Assembly (NCBI GenBank): GCA_051003195.1
Contig: JBPCLP010000046.1
Span: 1 to 61,917, forward strand
Length of the DNA stretch: 61,917 bases
From: Candidatus Sumerlaeaceae bacterium
GTDB lineage: Bacteria; Sumerlaeota; Sumerlaeia; Sumerlaeales; Sumerlaeaceae
Direction of reading: 5' to 3'
The position numbers and the translations under genes were made by a program. Below the pieces are notes generated by a model. That model had not been told where the DNA came from and searched no databases. It saw nothing but the letters and a program-made list of their open reading frames with translations. Positions 37,580 to 47,600 of this stretch are shown piece after piece (positions within the stretch are counted from its first letter, which is position 1; every line of letters begins with the position of its first letter).

Positions 37580-38812
37580 CTACAGCACCAGCAACCGCAA
37601 CCTTTGCAGCGACTCGTGACTGGCGGTGTCCTCAGACCCGTTGCGGGATTTTGCAGAAGTTGTTAATAGCTGAAGAGCCGTGAAAAACGGCAATGAGTCT
37701 CGTGTGTGCGCAGCCAGGTCCCGGGGTAGCTGGGCGAAGTAAACTTCGTTAAAGATCAGCAGCTTTTCTTCGTCATCGCGGAATAGTTTACGATGTGCGC
37801 GCAATACGTTTTCGGCTGCGGGCCTCCACTGCAACCGGCCTACGTCGATAAAGTAATGCTCTCCGTTTTCCGACGAGAAAACAGCGTTACCCGGGTGGAG
37901 ATCCTTTTGTGTCAGTGAAAATGATTTATCGACCAGGTCCTTGAACCCCAGAAACCATTTTTCGGCTTTCTGTCGCTCGTTATTCGAAAGCAGCCTGGAT
38001 TTCTCGAGGATGGTAAGATTGCTATTAATGCAGCCACGTAATTCTCGAAAATAACTGTCGGTCCGTTCAGCGCCGAGCATGCCCCAGTGTGGGTTTAAAA
38101 TGGAATGCATACGGGCAAGCTGGCATGCAATGGCTCGAACATTCTCTTCGGTCAGTTTCCTCGTGCCCCTGGACTCGCCATCGATATATTCTTCCAGCAC
38201 AAACAGCAGGCCCTCAACGGCGTCGTCGAGGCAATTGTAGTATATGTTAGGAACTCGCACGCCCTCGCGCAGAAGAAGTAACGACGCACGTATGTGCGCC
38301 TCGGCTTTACTGCGCCGCTGCAGGGTATAGACCCTGAGTATCGCCTTGCGCTCCCCGGCATGAAGAATCAGAACCAGACCGTCTTGTCCTCGAAGAGGTA
38401 CTTGCATCAGTATCTTTTCTGAAGAATCCAATTGTAAGATCTCTGGCACACGAGTGCGCACGAACTTCTTTACGATGCGTAACTCGAAGGCTGCATCGCG
38501 CCTGGGCCCAGTAATTCGGGTATTCAGCTCATGCAGCTGTTGTTTAATTCGCAGCACAAACCGACTGCTTCTTTGCGTGGCTCGATTAAATGCAGCGCGA
38601 ATTCGCCTGAAGCAATTCATCAGTGAAGTTGCCGCGAGTATTCCGCGACCAAAAATGGAGCGGACGATGTACGCGGTTTCATTATTGTGGTGATACCCCG
38701 GCCAATGAGCGTTCCGCCAGCGGGCATGCAAATCACCATGGCAGCATAGCCCAGACGCCTGCGCAATAACCTGGAGTACAGCGCCGAACCGAACCACCGA
38801 TTTTGCCGACAA
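37580..38812 (-). CDS. Aminoglycoside-phosphotransferase-like kinase (true start probably about 38620)
   Basis: VRVPNI, LEEYIDG, LARMH, DLHPGN, FIDVG. Confidence 0.75.
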   Translation of the reverse strand: MSAKSVVRFGAVLQVIAQASGLCCHGDLHARWRNAHWPGYHHNNETAYIVRSIFGRGILAATSLMNCFRRIRAAFNRATQRSSRFVLRIKQQLHELNTRITGPRRDAAFELRIVKKFVRTRVPEILQLDSSEKILMQVPLRGQDGLVLILHAGERKAILRVYTLQRRSKAEAHIRASLLLLREGVRVPNIYYNCLDDAVEGLLFVLEEYIDGESRGTRKLTEENVRAIACQLARMHSILNPHWGMLGAERTDSYFRELRGCINSNLTILEKSRLLSNNERQKAEKWFLGFKDLVDKSFSLTQKDLHPGNAVFSSENGEHYFIDVGRLQWRPAAENVLRAHRKLFRDDEEKLLIFNEVYFAQLPRDLAAHTRDSLPFFTALQLLTTSAKSRNGSEDTASHESLQRLRLLVL

Positions 38813-38954
38813 TGGGTGGAACAGGAACGGGCAGCATACTATGGTGGGGCAGGTTTGCTGGCAAGAACCACAGACATCCTCTGCGCAGCCCTATTGCAAG
38901 CATGGTTTACCAGGTTGCGGTTCGCAATGACAATTGCGGCTGTATGATAAGTGA

Positions 38955-39046
38955 GCGCGGTCGGCGCTGGTTTCGATGGTGTGGTTGCCAATGAAGCGCG
39001 TCCAGCCTGCCGGGACGCCGTTCGCTGCAGCGCTTGGTTAGGCGGC
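38955..39046 (-). other. Truncated integron attC site
   Basis: Minus strand gccGCCTAACcaagcgctgcagcgaacggcg gives R'' (RYYYAAC) plus an L''-like box; the distal L'/R' half is missing. Confidence 0.65.
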
Positions 39047-39411
39047 GAGTGTCTCATGCTCCCGCCAGAATATCCTCCAGCTCTTGAAGCGGACAATCGC
39101 AGCGGCTGGAACCTGAAAGAGCAGCGAGCCGGCCTGCAGCAGGTCGACAGAGGCGCAGAAAGCGTTGAATGTAGAGACAAACGCGACCCAGCTAACAGAA
39201 GCAGGAAAGCCGACAGGGACATTGGGGGCACAATGTCTCGCAGCGGCGTGAGGAGAAACCAAAGCGCCGCCACTGCCACTGCCGCGACGACACCGATGGG
39301 CAGTGCGAGAAGATTCTCTTTCCAGGGCGCCGGCGCATGGCGCAGTGGCCTCCACAACGCATCCGGCACGAAGTCTGGGGAACTGGGTATGGCTCCAAGC
39401 TGAAAGCGCAT
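39038..39411 (-). pseudogene. Integron-cassette membrane protein gene (DUF3267-like, tentative) with internal deletion/frameshift
   Basis: N-part MRFQLGAIP...LWFLLTP and C-part STFNAFCASVDLLQA...WREHETLAA* are in different frames; the stop lies in the attC R'' box. Confidence 0.55.
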
Positions 39412-39538
39412 GTGCAGTAAGTGTCTTGTGGCCGCCTATCAAGTTATTGAACGGTTTGTGTTCATTCCCGCGACTTCTTAAGAGCTGCCTTCGCAACTAT
39501 CAAGTAAAGTGCGGAGCCGCAGAGGACACGAGGGGGCA

Positions 39539-40492
39539 TTACGGTATTTGCTCGAAGGCCATGAACTCCTTCTCGATCTGTTCGGGATCGCCCCAACTCT
39601 TGTGGATGAGGATGCGGTAGCTGAGCTTGAACGATTTGCCAGGCGCGAGCGTGTATGGGCCATCGAATAGCATCGAAGGGTTGGTATAGAGGCCGCCCTC
39701 GCGCGCCCAGAGGTGCCATTGCGATGGATAGCGCTCGTTTTTCGGGTGGCACAGGATAGCGACGCCGGTGGGTCCGAACTGCGGGTCGATGATGGCGCTG
39801 GCGTCGAGCCAGCGCGAAGCCGGGCCGCGCGCATCGAGCCCCTTGCGTCCTTCGCTGTCGATCACCCGGACGTCTTTAACGGTGTCGGGCGCGCGATACG
39901 ACAGGCCCGCGTAGCCACCGCCGGTTTTGTTGGGCGGCGTGCGGTCGAAAGTCAGCTCATCATTCTGCGCGGTGAAGGTCATGGTCCAATCAATGGTGTA
40001 GCTGCCGTCTGCGCGCGGCATCGACGTGACAATGCGGCGTTGCTCTTTGAGCAGTGTCGTCTCGCTTGTGCCGTAGTGGATTTGCATCGAGATCGTCGCG
40101 CCGGCGTCGCTGGTTTGCACGCTCTCGTTACCGGTGAAACGCGTCCAGCCCGCGGGGATGCCGTGCGGATCAAGTTCCGTTTCGCCCGGTTTGCGCGGCT
40201 GCGCCCATTCCCAGTAGTTCACCCCATTGATCGTCTTCCAGCAAAACCAGAGCGCGCGGTGCCAGGGATGATCCTTTGGCGCGAACTCCGTCAGCGTGGG
40301 GCCGGCGGGGAGGTTCACCGGGTGAAAGTACGGAACGTTGTCTTTGGCTGCGTAGTGATAAGTCCACAGCGTTTTTCCGTTGAGGATAGCCGAGAGCGAT
40401 GTTCCCTTCTGATGATCCCAGCGCACGTCAGTCGCCGACGCAGGCCCAGTCATCGTCCATAGGACGACCAATAGCAGAATGAACCGAATCAT
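39539..40492 (-). CDS. Secreted DUF6807/'PmoA'-family (PF14100-like) protein
   Basis: PYFHPV, DHPWHRALW, GGYAGL, HPKN motifs; signal peptide. Confidence 0.8.
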   Translation of the reverse strand: MIRFILLLVVLWTMTGPASATDVRWDHQKGTSLSAILNGKTLWTYHYAAKDNVPYFHPVNLPAGPTLTEFAPKDHPWHRALWFCWKTINGVNYWEWAQPRKPGETELDPHGIPAGWTRFTGNESVQTSDAGATISMQIHYGTSETTLLKEQRRIVTSMPRADGSYTIDWTMTFTAQNDELTFDRTPPNKTGGGYAGLSYRAPDTVKDVRVIDSEGRKGLDARGPASRWLDASAIIDPQFGPTGVAILCHPKNERYPSQWHLWAREGGLYTNPSMLFDGPYTLAPGKSFKLSYRILIHKSWGDPEQIEKEFMAFEQIP

Positions 40493-40520
40493 AGACTAGC
40501 CCTCATTTCTATCCGGCTCC

Positions 40521-41927
40521 TCAACGGCTCAATTTGTACGCCTCCATGATCGTGTGGTACTTCGCGATCATGTTGGGCTCTTCCCACTCTGGCAGTGCGC
40601 CGGCGGCGAGGTACTGCAAATACTTCTCAGTCACCTGCGCGAAATGGGCCTCGTGCCCGACATTGTACTTGTCGGGAACGACAACGACCCACGCCTCGCC
40701 GCTCTTCTTGATGCCAATCCCAGGATACGTATTCGCGATATTGTCGACGACATCACGCAGGGTGCCCTCAAAGTCCGCTTCGCTGGCGTCTGATACCTTC
40801 TCCACGTAAAGCGTGGGCTTGAAGCTCTGCTCCGCACCCTGCCTGATGACCAGGTTCGCCTTGCTGCCGCGCATGATCGAATAGTGCGTATCGCCGGTAC
40901 CTGCCGGCGCTTCATAGTTCCACGTGACCGACACCTTCGCGTGAACGCCCTTAATCTGGTACGAGAACTCGCCGTTGCTCAGCACGGCGAGCGCGCCATC
41001 TTTCACGTCCTTCTTCAGGTAGTCGGGAAACTGTTTTAGCCCCGTCACCGTCGTGAACTGCTCAAGGGTGAGCGTGGTCGCCCAGTGTCGGGCAGAGAGC
41101 ACCTGGATGTCGCTTTGCGGGCGGATGATCTGCTCGGAAAAGCCGCCCCATTGGATCAGGTCGACCAGGTGCGTAGTGACATCGACGATGCCTTCGCCTT
41201 CCTGCGTGACGTCGAAGAACCACGCCGGCCGCTTGAGCGGTTTGCCGGCAACGTTCTTAGAGAAGTGGTGAACGCTTTCCTTCGTGATGGCAGGTTCAGT
41301 CGGCGTGCCTTTGGCCAGCGTGCCGAAGAGTTCCGGCGATTGCGCGAGTTCGCGCTGTAGCATGTTTGTGATCTCATACCGCTCCGTCATGATGTCGTAG
41401 AGCAGCACACCCTTCTGCCGGGCAGTCTTGAAGGCCTTCTTAACCAGCTCAAAGTTCGCCGGGTTGATGCACATCGGCTTGTCCGCCAGGACATTCAGCC
41501 CCGCATCGATGGAGCCGGCGATGTACTCCGTCTTTCGCGCATTGTTGCCCGAAATCACGACCACATTGCCCGGCCGCTCTTTGATCATTCGCTCGAAGCA
41601 ATCGTTCGACGTGTGGAGCTTCAGTGTCCAGCTCGTGGGATTGTCAGCGCGTGTGTTGAAGCTTTCGATTCGCGCGGTGTGCTGCTGCAGGTCGTCGCCG
41701 GGGGGCGCGTAAAGGTGCACGACCGGGTCGACCTGTTCATACATCCGCTTCTGCACCAGTGCCGCGTGAAAGTGGCCCGGATCGAGCGTGATCAGCCGAA
41801 CTTTATCTTTCATGCCGCCCGACCCCTTGCCGGCAGCCATGCTGTTATCACCCTGCGCCATGCAACCGGCCACCAGCACGCCCAGGATCATGATCATCAT
41901 GTTTCGCATGTTCATTGACCAACTCAA
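40521..41927 (-). CDS. Putative oxidoreductase (Gfo/Idh/MocA-like with oxidoreductase C-terminal domain), lipoprotein-like
   Basis: LDPGHFHAALVQK, VLADKPM, DIMTERYE, GHEAHF. Confidence 0.85.
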   Translation of the reverse strand: MSWSMNMRNMMIMILGVLVAGCMAQGDNSMAAGKGSGGMKDKVRLITLDPGHFHAALVQKRMYEQVDPVVHLYAPPGDDLQQHTARIESFNTRADNPTSWTLKLHTSNDCFERMIKERPGNVVVISGNNARKTEYIAGSIDAGLNVLADKPMCINPANFELVKKAFKTARQKGVLLYDIMTERYEITNMLQRELAQSPELFGTLAKGTPTEPAITKESVHHFSKNVAGKPLKRPAWFFDVTQEGEGIVDVTTHLVDLIQWGGFSEQIIRPQSDIQVLSARHWATTLTLEQFTTVTGLKQFPDYLKKDVKDGALAVLSNGEFSYQIKGVHAKVSVTWNYEAPAGTGDTHYSIMRGSKANLVIRQGAEQSFKPTLYVEKVSDASEADFEGTLRDVVDNIANTYPGIGIKKSGEAWVVVVPDKYNVGHEAHFAQVTEKYLQYLAAGALPEWEEPNMIAKYHTIMEAYKLSR

Positions 41928-43372
41928 ATGCGGCTCTGGATTCCGTGCTTCTTCAGCACGGCTTCGGTGCCATATGGTTCGGTCTGTGGTCGGCGCAGGA
42001 ACTTAGCGAGGCGACCATCCGCGTCGTCAATAAAGCGCTCCTTTTCCGGATCCCAATGCAACTTACCGCCGGCCTTCATCGCCGTGTGCACCAGCAGGCA
42101 GCCAGAACATGAGCGATGCCCATCCTCGGCCGGGGCAACGGCAGGCTTGCGCGACTTGATCGCGTGCAACCAATCTCCGAGATGACCGTCCACCGACTTG
42201 TGCAGGTGTACGTCGCTGTCCTTCAGCTTGACCTCGAGGATCTTCGGATCGCTGGCGTCGAGATGCTTGCCCGTCGAAACGCTGGGATCGCTTTTGGTTA
42301 CGGCCGCGCCGCTCTTGCGCGTGACCCAGATCCACCCTTCATCGCCTTCGAACCGCACGCCAACGGGGAACTTGTTGGACATCATCACGAGCGCGCCATT
42401 AGCGTACTTAAGTTCCGCATTAAAGTCGCCGTGCACATCCCACAAGCCTTCGGACGGGAAACTGGCGGTCGCCTCAATCCACTGAGGGCCGGAATGCTCG
42501 TAACCCAGCGCCCAATGCGCGATATCGAGGTGATGCGTGCCCCAGCCGGTGATCATCCCCGCGCCGAACTGCTCGCAGCGCAGCCACCCCGGCCGCCCGT
42601 AGCGCTTCTCCTTGTCGTCCGTCTGCGGGTGCACGCGCTCTTCGGTGTAAGGAACGTGCGGCGTTGAGCCAAGCCACGCGCGGTAGTCGAGGTTCTGCGG
42701 CACGGGCTGCTCCTGTTTGGACCCTCCAGCGGGATCGCCCGGCAGGCCGATCGTGACCTTCTTGATGTTCCCGATGTAGCCGTTCCGTACCAGCTCACAT
42801 GCATAGCGAAAGTGCTCCTCGCTGCGCTGCTGGCTGCCCATTTGGAAGATGCGCCCGGACTTGGTGACTACGTCCGCCATCTGCCGGCCTTCGGAGATCG
42901 TCAGCGACGCCGGTTTCTGAAGATAGATGTCCTTGCCCGCCAGGGCCGCTTCAATCGCCGGCAGCGCGTGCCAGTGATCCGGCGTGCTGATCGCGACTGC
43001 GTCGATCGACGGATCCTTCAGCATCTCGCGATAGTCCGTGTACGTTTTCACGCCGGTTTTTGCCTGTCCGCCCTCCGCCTTTGCGTACTCCTGCTCGACC
43101 AGCTCCTTCGCATCCTGCAGGCGAACGGCGTCGATATCGCAAACGGCAACGATGCGCGCCAACTGGCGATGCTGCATGATGCCGGGAATATCCATCGATC
43201 GTGCGATGCGCCCGCAGCCGATCTGCGCCACGTTGATGATGTTGCTCGGCGCCGTCTCCCCGCGCAGCACGCGTGCGGACATGATCGCCGGAAACGCTCC
43301 AGCAACCAACGCCGCCTTGATAAACTCGCGGCGTGATGTGCCGCGCAAATCGTTCAAATCCTCAGTCGTCAT
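41924..43372 (-). CDS. Tat-exported Gfo/Idh/MocA oxidoreductase
   Basis: SRREFIK twin-arginine motif; IGCG, STPDHWH, YLQKP, GWGTHHLD. Confidence 0.92.
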   Translation of the reverse strand: MTTEDLNDLRGTSRREFIKAALVAGAFPAIMSARVLRGETAPSNIINVAQIGCGRIARSMDIPGIMQHRQLARIVAVCDIDAVRLQDAKELVEQEYAKAEGGQAKTGVKTYTDYREMLKDPSIDAVAISTPDHWHALPAIEAALAGKDIYLQKPASLTISEGRQMADVVTKSGRIFQMGSQQRSEEHFRYACELVRNGYIGNIKKVTIGLPGDPAGGSKQEQPVPQNLDYRAWLGSTPHVPYTEERVHPQTDDKEKRYGRPGWLRCEQFGAGMITGWGTHHLDIAHWALGYEHSGPQWIEATASFPSEGLWDVHGDFNAELKYANGALVMMSNKFPVGVRFEGDEGWIWVTRKSGAAVTKSDPSVSTGKHLDASDPKILEVKLKDSDVHLHKSVDGHLGDWLHAIKSRKPAVAPAEDGHRSCSGCLLVHTAMKAGGKLHWDPEKERFIDDADGRLAKFLRRPQTEPYGTEAVLKKHGIQSRI

Positions 43373-43388
43373 CCTTAGCTCTCCGTTG

Positions 43389-44234
43389 TTACTTTGTCAC
43401 CCTTGTCGCTGTCACGCTGTCATCATTATTCTGGCTCGTCCCCACTTTGGCACCACTGCCCTCCATCGCCCATAGAATCCCCCCGGCGATCTGCTTTACC
43501 AGGAAAGGGTCCTGGTAGTGCTCCTTCTTGTGCCCCAGCGCCGTGTAGAATGACCGCCCGCCCTCGAACTCATGATACCACGCGATCGGCATCGCGTTGC
43601 CAAAGAGTGTGCCGGGGTACTCCGCCAGCTTGGGGTCCTCCAGCGTGCTCGGATCCGTAACCAGCAGCGGCTTGATGTTGTTGTTCAGGTTATCCAGGTA
43701 GTAGCACTCATCCGTCCAGGTGAACGTCGTGGGCAGGTCCTTCGTTGCCGGATGATCCGCATCGACAACGCGCACCTCAAACGGCTGCAGCTTGGGATGA
43801 CGCCGGAATTTACCACCGAGCAGCGACCAGAACCAGGGCCACTCGCGCTCTGACCCCGACGCCGAATGGATGCCCACGAACCCGCCTCCCGCGCGGATAT
43901 AGCGGCGAAACGCGTCCCGCTGTGCCACCGTCTCGAAAGCCTCGTTGTTGGAGTTGGAGAACACGATGGCCGCGTACTGCTTCAGGTTCTGCTCTGTAAA
44001 GACATTCGGGTCATCCGACACATCGGAATCGAACCCGTTTTCCGCCCCGATTTCCTTGACCGCCGCCACGCTTTCGGCGATGTTGTCGTGCACGAAACCC
44101 TTGCCGTTGGTAACATGGTTGCGCGTATAGACCAGGACCTTCCTTTTGGTCTCCGGCGCGGGGCCGGTGGCGAAGGCGTCCGCCGCGACGAGTACCATGC
44201 CAAGTGCGAGCAGGATTGCGATGTTTGCGTTCAT
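43389..44234 (-). CDS. ThuA-domain protein
   Basis: GFVHDNI, GGGFVGIHSA, DECY, GRSFYTALGH; aggagg RBS. Confidence 0.9.
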   Translation of the reverse strand: MNANIAILLALGMVLVAADAFATGPAPETKRKVLVYTRNHVTNGKGFVHDNIAESVAAVKEIGAENGFDSDVSDDPNVFTEQNLKQYAAIVFSNSNNEAFETVAQRDAFRRYIRAGGGFVGIHSASGSEREWPWFWSLLGGKFRRHPKLQPFEVRVVDADHPATKDLPTTFTWTDECYYLDNLNNNIKPLLVTDPSTLEDPKLAEYPGTLFGNAMPIAWYHEFEGGRSFYTALGHKKEHYQDPFLVKQIAGGILWAMEGSGAKVGTSQNNDDSVTATRVTK

Positions 44235-44689
44235 TACGATGAGCCCTCCTGGAAGACAGCGATAGGGATTGGCGGCACAAAACCAGATGTCCTATATGCT
44301 CGACCATTTGTTTTTGTGTCGAACACACCTTTCCACTTTAACGGCATTCTGCGGTCTGCAAGGGATTGTTGCGGTCCCCTTGTTGAACATGGTGGCGACA
44401 TAGGTGTCGACTGGCGCGCTGCGCCAACCCGGCCTTTTACAGGCCTGCGGCGCGCTGCCGAAGGTGAAAGTTGGCGAATATAACCTGCTTCAGAAGGAGT
44501 TCAATCTACGGGCCAGGATCGCCAGAGGCAGCATAAAGCTGTCCGGGCGCAGTTACACTTATTGGACCTATACTTGCTAGAGCCGTATTCTTTATGCCCT
44601 GGCCTTGTAGCTATAGTTCAATCCGCTTTCGCCTTGGCTGATTCTCGAGGGCGCCGCGCGGCAGCGAACGAGGCCAAAGCAGCTTTGGG

Positions 44690-47600
44690 GTGCGCCAGAT
44701 GAGCAGCAAAACGGATAGTAAGCCGACTGGGAGAAGTGAGTTTTCCGGCGGTGAGATCAACCTTTCATTTATCCAGAACACCGCCGAGCGCACCCGCGCG
44801 GAGCAGCTGATCCTCGACACCGTCGCTTACGCGGAAAGCATTGTTGAAACGGTACGAGAGCCCCTTGTCATCCTTAGCCAGGACCTGCGGGTGAAAACCG
44901 CGAGCCGGGCTTTCTACCAGTCGTTCAATGTTACGCCCGCTGAGACTGAAAACCAGCTTCTCTACGATCTGGGCAATGGCCAATGGGACATTCCGCGCCT
45001 CCGGACGCTACTCGAAGAAATTCTGCCGCAGAACAACCAGTTCAACAACTTCGAAGTCGAGCATTCGTTCGAGGATATCGGCCATCGGATAATGCTCCTT
45101 AACGCCCGGCGGATTCCGCAGCAGGGTAATCAATCGGAGCTGATCCTGCTCGCGATTGAGGACATCACGGTGCGCAAGGAGTTCGAGGCAGGCCTGGAAA
45201 AGACCCGCAAAGAACTCGAAGTCATAAAGAAATCGGCGGATGAGTCTCTGGAGTACGCCGAGAGCATCATCAACACCGTGCGCGAGCCTTTGATTGCGCT
45301 TAACCAGGACCTGCGTGTCGTCACGGCCAGCCGCTCGTTCTACGAATTCTTCAGGGTCAGTCATGAAGAGACCGTCGGGCAATTGATTTACGACCTTGGA
45401 AACAAGCAGTGGAACATCCCCAAGCTCCGGGAGCTGCTGGAAGAGATTCTGCCGCAAAAGGCGGCCTTTGATAACTATGAGGTCGAGCACGACTTTTCCG
45501 TGATTGGCCGACGCATCATGCTGCTGAACGCGCGCCAGATTCAGCGCGGCTCCGGCAAAGAGCGGATCATCCTGCTGGCCATCGAAGACATCACTGAGCG
45601 TAAGGAAATCGAAGCCGGGCTGGAAAAAACCCGCAAAGAACTCGAGGTCATCAAGACGTCCGCGGACGAGGCTCTTGAGTACGCCGAGAGCATCATCAAT
45701 ACCGTGCGGGAACCGTTGATCGCGCTAAACCAGGACCTGCGGGTTGTCACCGCCAGCCGCTCGTTCTATGAGGTGTTTAAGGTACACCCCCAGGAGACCG
45801 TCGGGCAACTAATCTACGACCTGGGAAACGAGCAGTGGAACATCCCCAAGCTGCGTGAGCTGCTGGAAGAGATTCTGCCGCAAAAAGCGGCCTTTGATAA
45901 CTATGAGGTCGAGCACGACTTTTCCGTGATTGGTCGACGCACCATGCTGCTGAACGCGCGGCAGATTCAGCGCGGCTCCGGCAAGGAGCGGATCATTCTG
46001 CTGGCTATCGAAGACATTACGGTTCGTAAGGAAATTGAAGCCGGCCTGGAGAAAACCCGCATAGAACTGGAAGTCATAAAGAAATCGGCGGATGAGTCTC
46101 TGGAGTACGCCGAGAGCATTATCAATACTGTGCGCGAGCCCTTGATTGCTCTCAACCAGGACCTGCGTGTCGTGACCGCCAGCCGCTCGTTCTACGAAGT
46201 CTTCAGGGTCAGTCATGAAGAGACCGTTGGGCAATTGATTTACGACCTTGGAAACAAGCAGTGGGACATCCCCAAGCTCCGGGAGCTGCTGGAAGAGATT
46301 CTGCCGCAAAAGGCGGCCTTTGATAACTATGAGGTCGAGCACGACTTTTCCGTGATTGGCCGACGCATCATGCTGCTGAACGCGCGGCAGATTCAGCGCG
46401 GCTCCGGCAAAGAGCGGATCATTCTGCTGGCCATTGAGGACATCACGGTCCGTAAGGAAATCGAAGCCGGCCTGGAGAAAACCCGCAAAGAACTCGAAGT
46501 TATCAAGAAATCGGCGGATGAGTCTCTGGAGTACGCCGAGAGCATCATCAACACGGTGCGCGAGCCCTTGATTGCGCTCAATCAGGACCTGCGTGTCGTC
46601 ACGGCCAGCCGCTCGTTCTACGAAGTCTTCAAGGTAAACCCCCAGGAGACCGTCGGACAACTAATTTACGACCTCGGAAACAAGCAATGGGACATTTCGA
46701 AGCTGCGAGAACTTCTCGAGAACATTCTTCCCCAGAAGGCCGCGTTCGACAACTATGAGGTAGAGCACGATTTCTCCACCATCGGCAGACGCATCATGCT
46801 GCTGAATGCCCGACAGATTCAGCGAGGGTCGGGCAAGGAGCGAATCATCTTGCTCGCGATTGAAGATATTACTGATCGCAAGCGAGTGCAGGAAGAGCTG
46901 ACAGCTGCCAAGCAGAAAGCCGAAGAAGCGACGGCTATGAAGTCCATGTTCCTCGCAAACATGAGCCATGAAATCCGCACCCCAATGAACGCGGTGATTG
47001 GTTTGTCGCTGCTCGCATTGAGGACGGAATTAAATTCAAAACAGCACGATTACCTGACCAAAATACACAACGCAGGCGTCACGATTCTTAGTCTCATCAA
47101 CGACATTCTCGACTTCTCCAAAATTGAAGCAGGCAAGCTCGACATCGAACATACCGATTTTGTCTTTGATGAAATGATCAAAAATGTCTCGGCAGTCGTG
47201 TCCGAAAAAGCGGCCAGCAAAGGACTCGCATTTCGGTACAACATTCCCGCTGAGATGCCACAAAACCTTATTGGCGATCCACTGCGCCTGGGCCAGGTGC
47301 TCATTAACCTCATTAACAACGCTGTGAAATTCACTACCACAGGACAAATCGAAGTCGGAGTGGAACTCGTCGAAAAAACCGGAGACCGAGTGAAACTCCG
47401 TTTTGCAGTGCGGGATACGGGGATCGGAATGACCCAGGAGCAACTCTCCAGGCTTTTTCAGCCGTTTGTGCAGGCTGATGGTTCCACAACACGAAAGTTT
47501 GGAGGCACAGGTCTGGGGCTCAGCATCAGCCTGCGCCTGGTGGAAATCATGGGCGGGCAGATCTGGGTCGAAAGCCAGGCAGGAAAAGGCAGCACGTTTA

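Noticed and set aside
39539..40492. Particulate methane monooxygenase (from the 'PmoA' family name)
   Set aside because: It is a soluble secreted protein in a sugar-oxidoreductase operon with no pmoB or pmoC; the family label is misleading.
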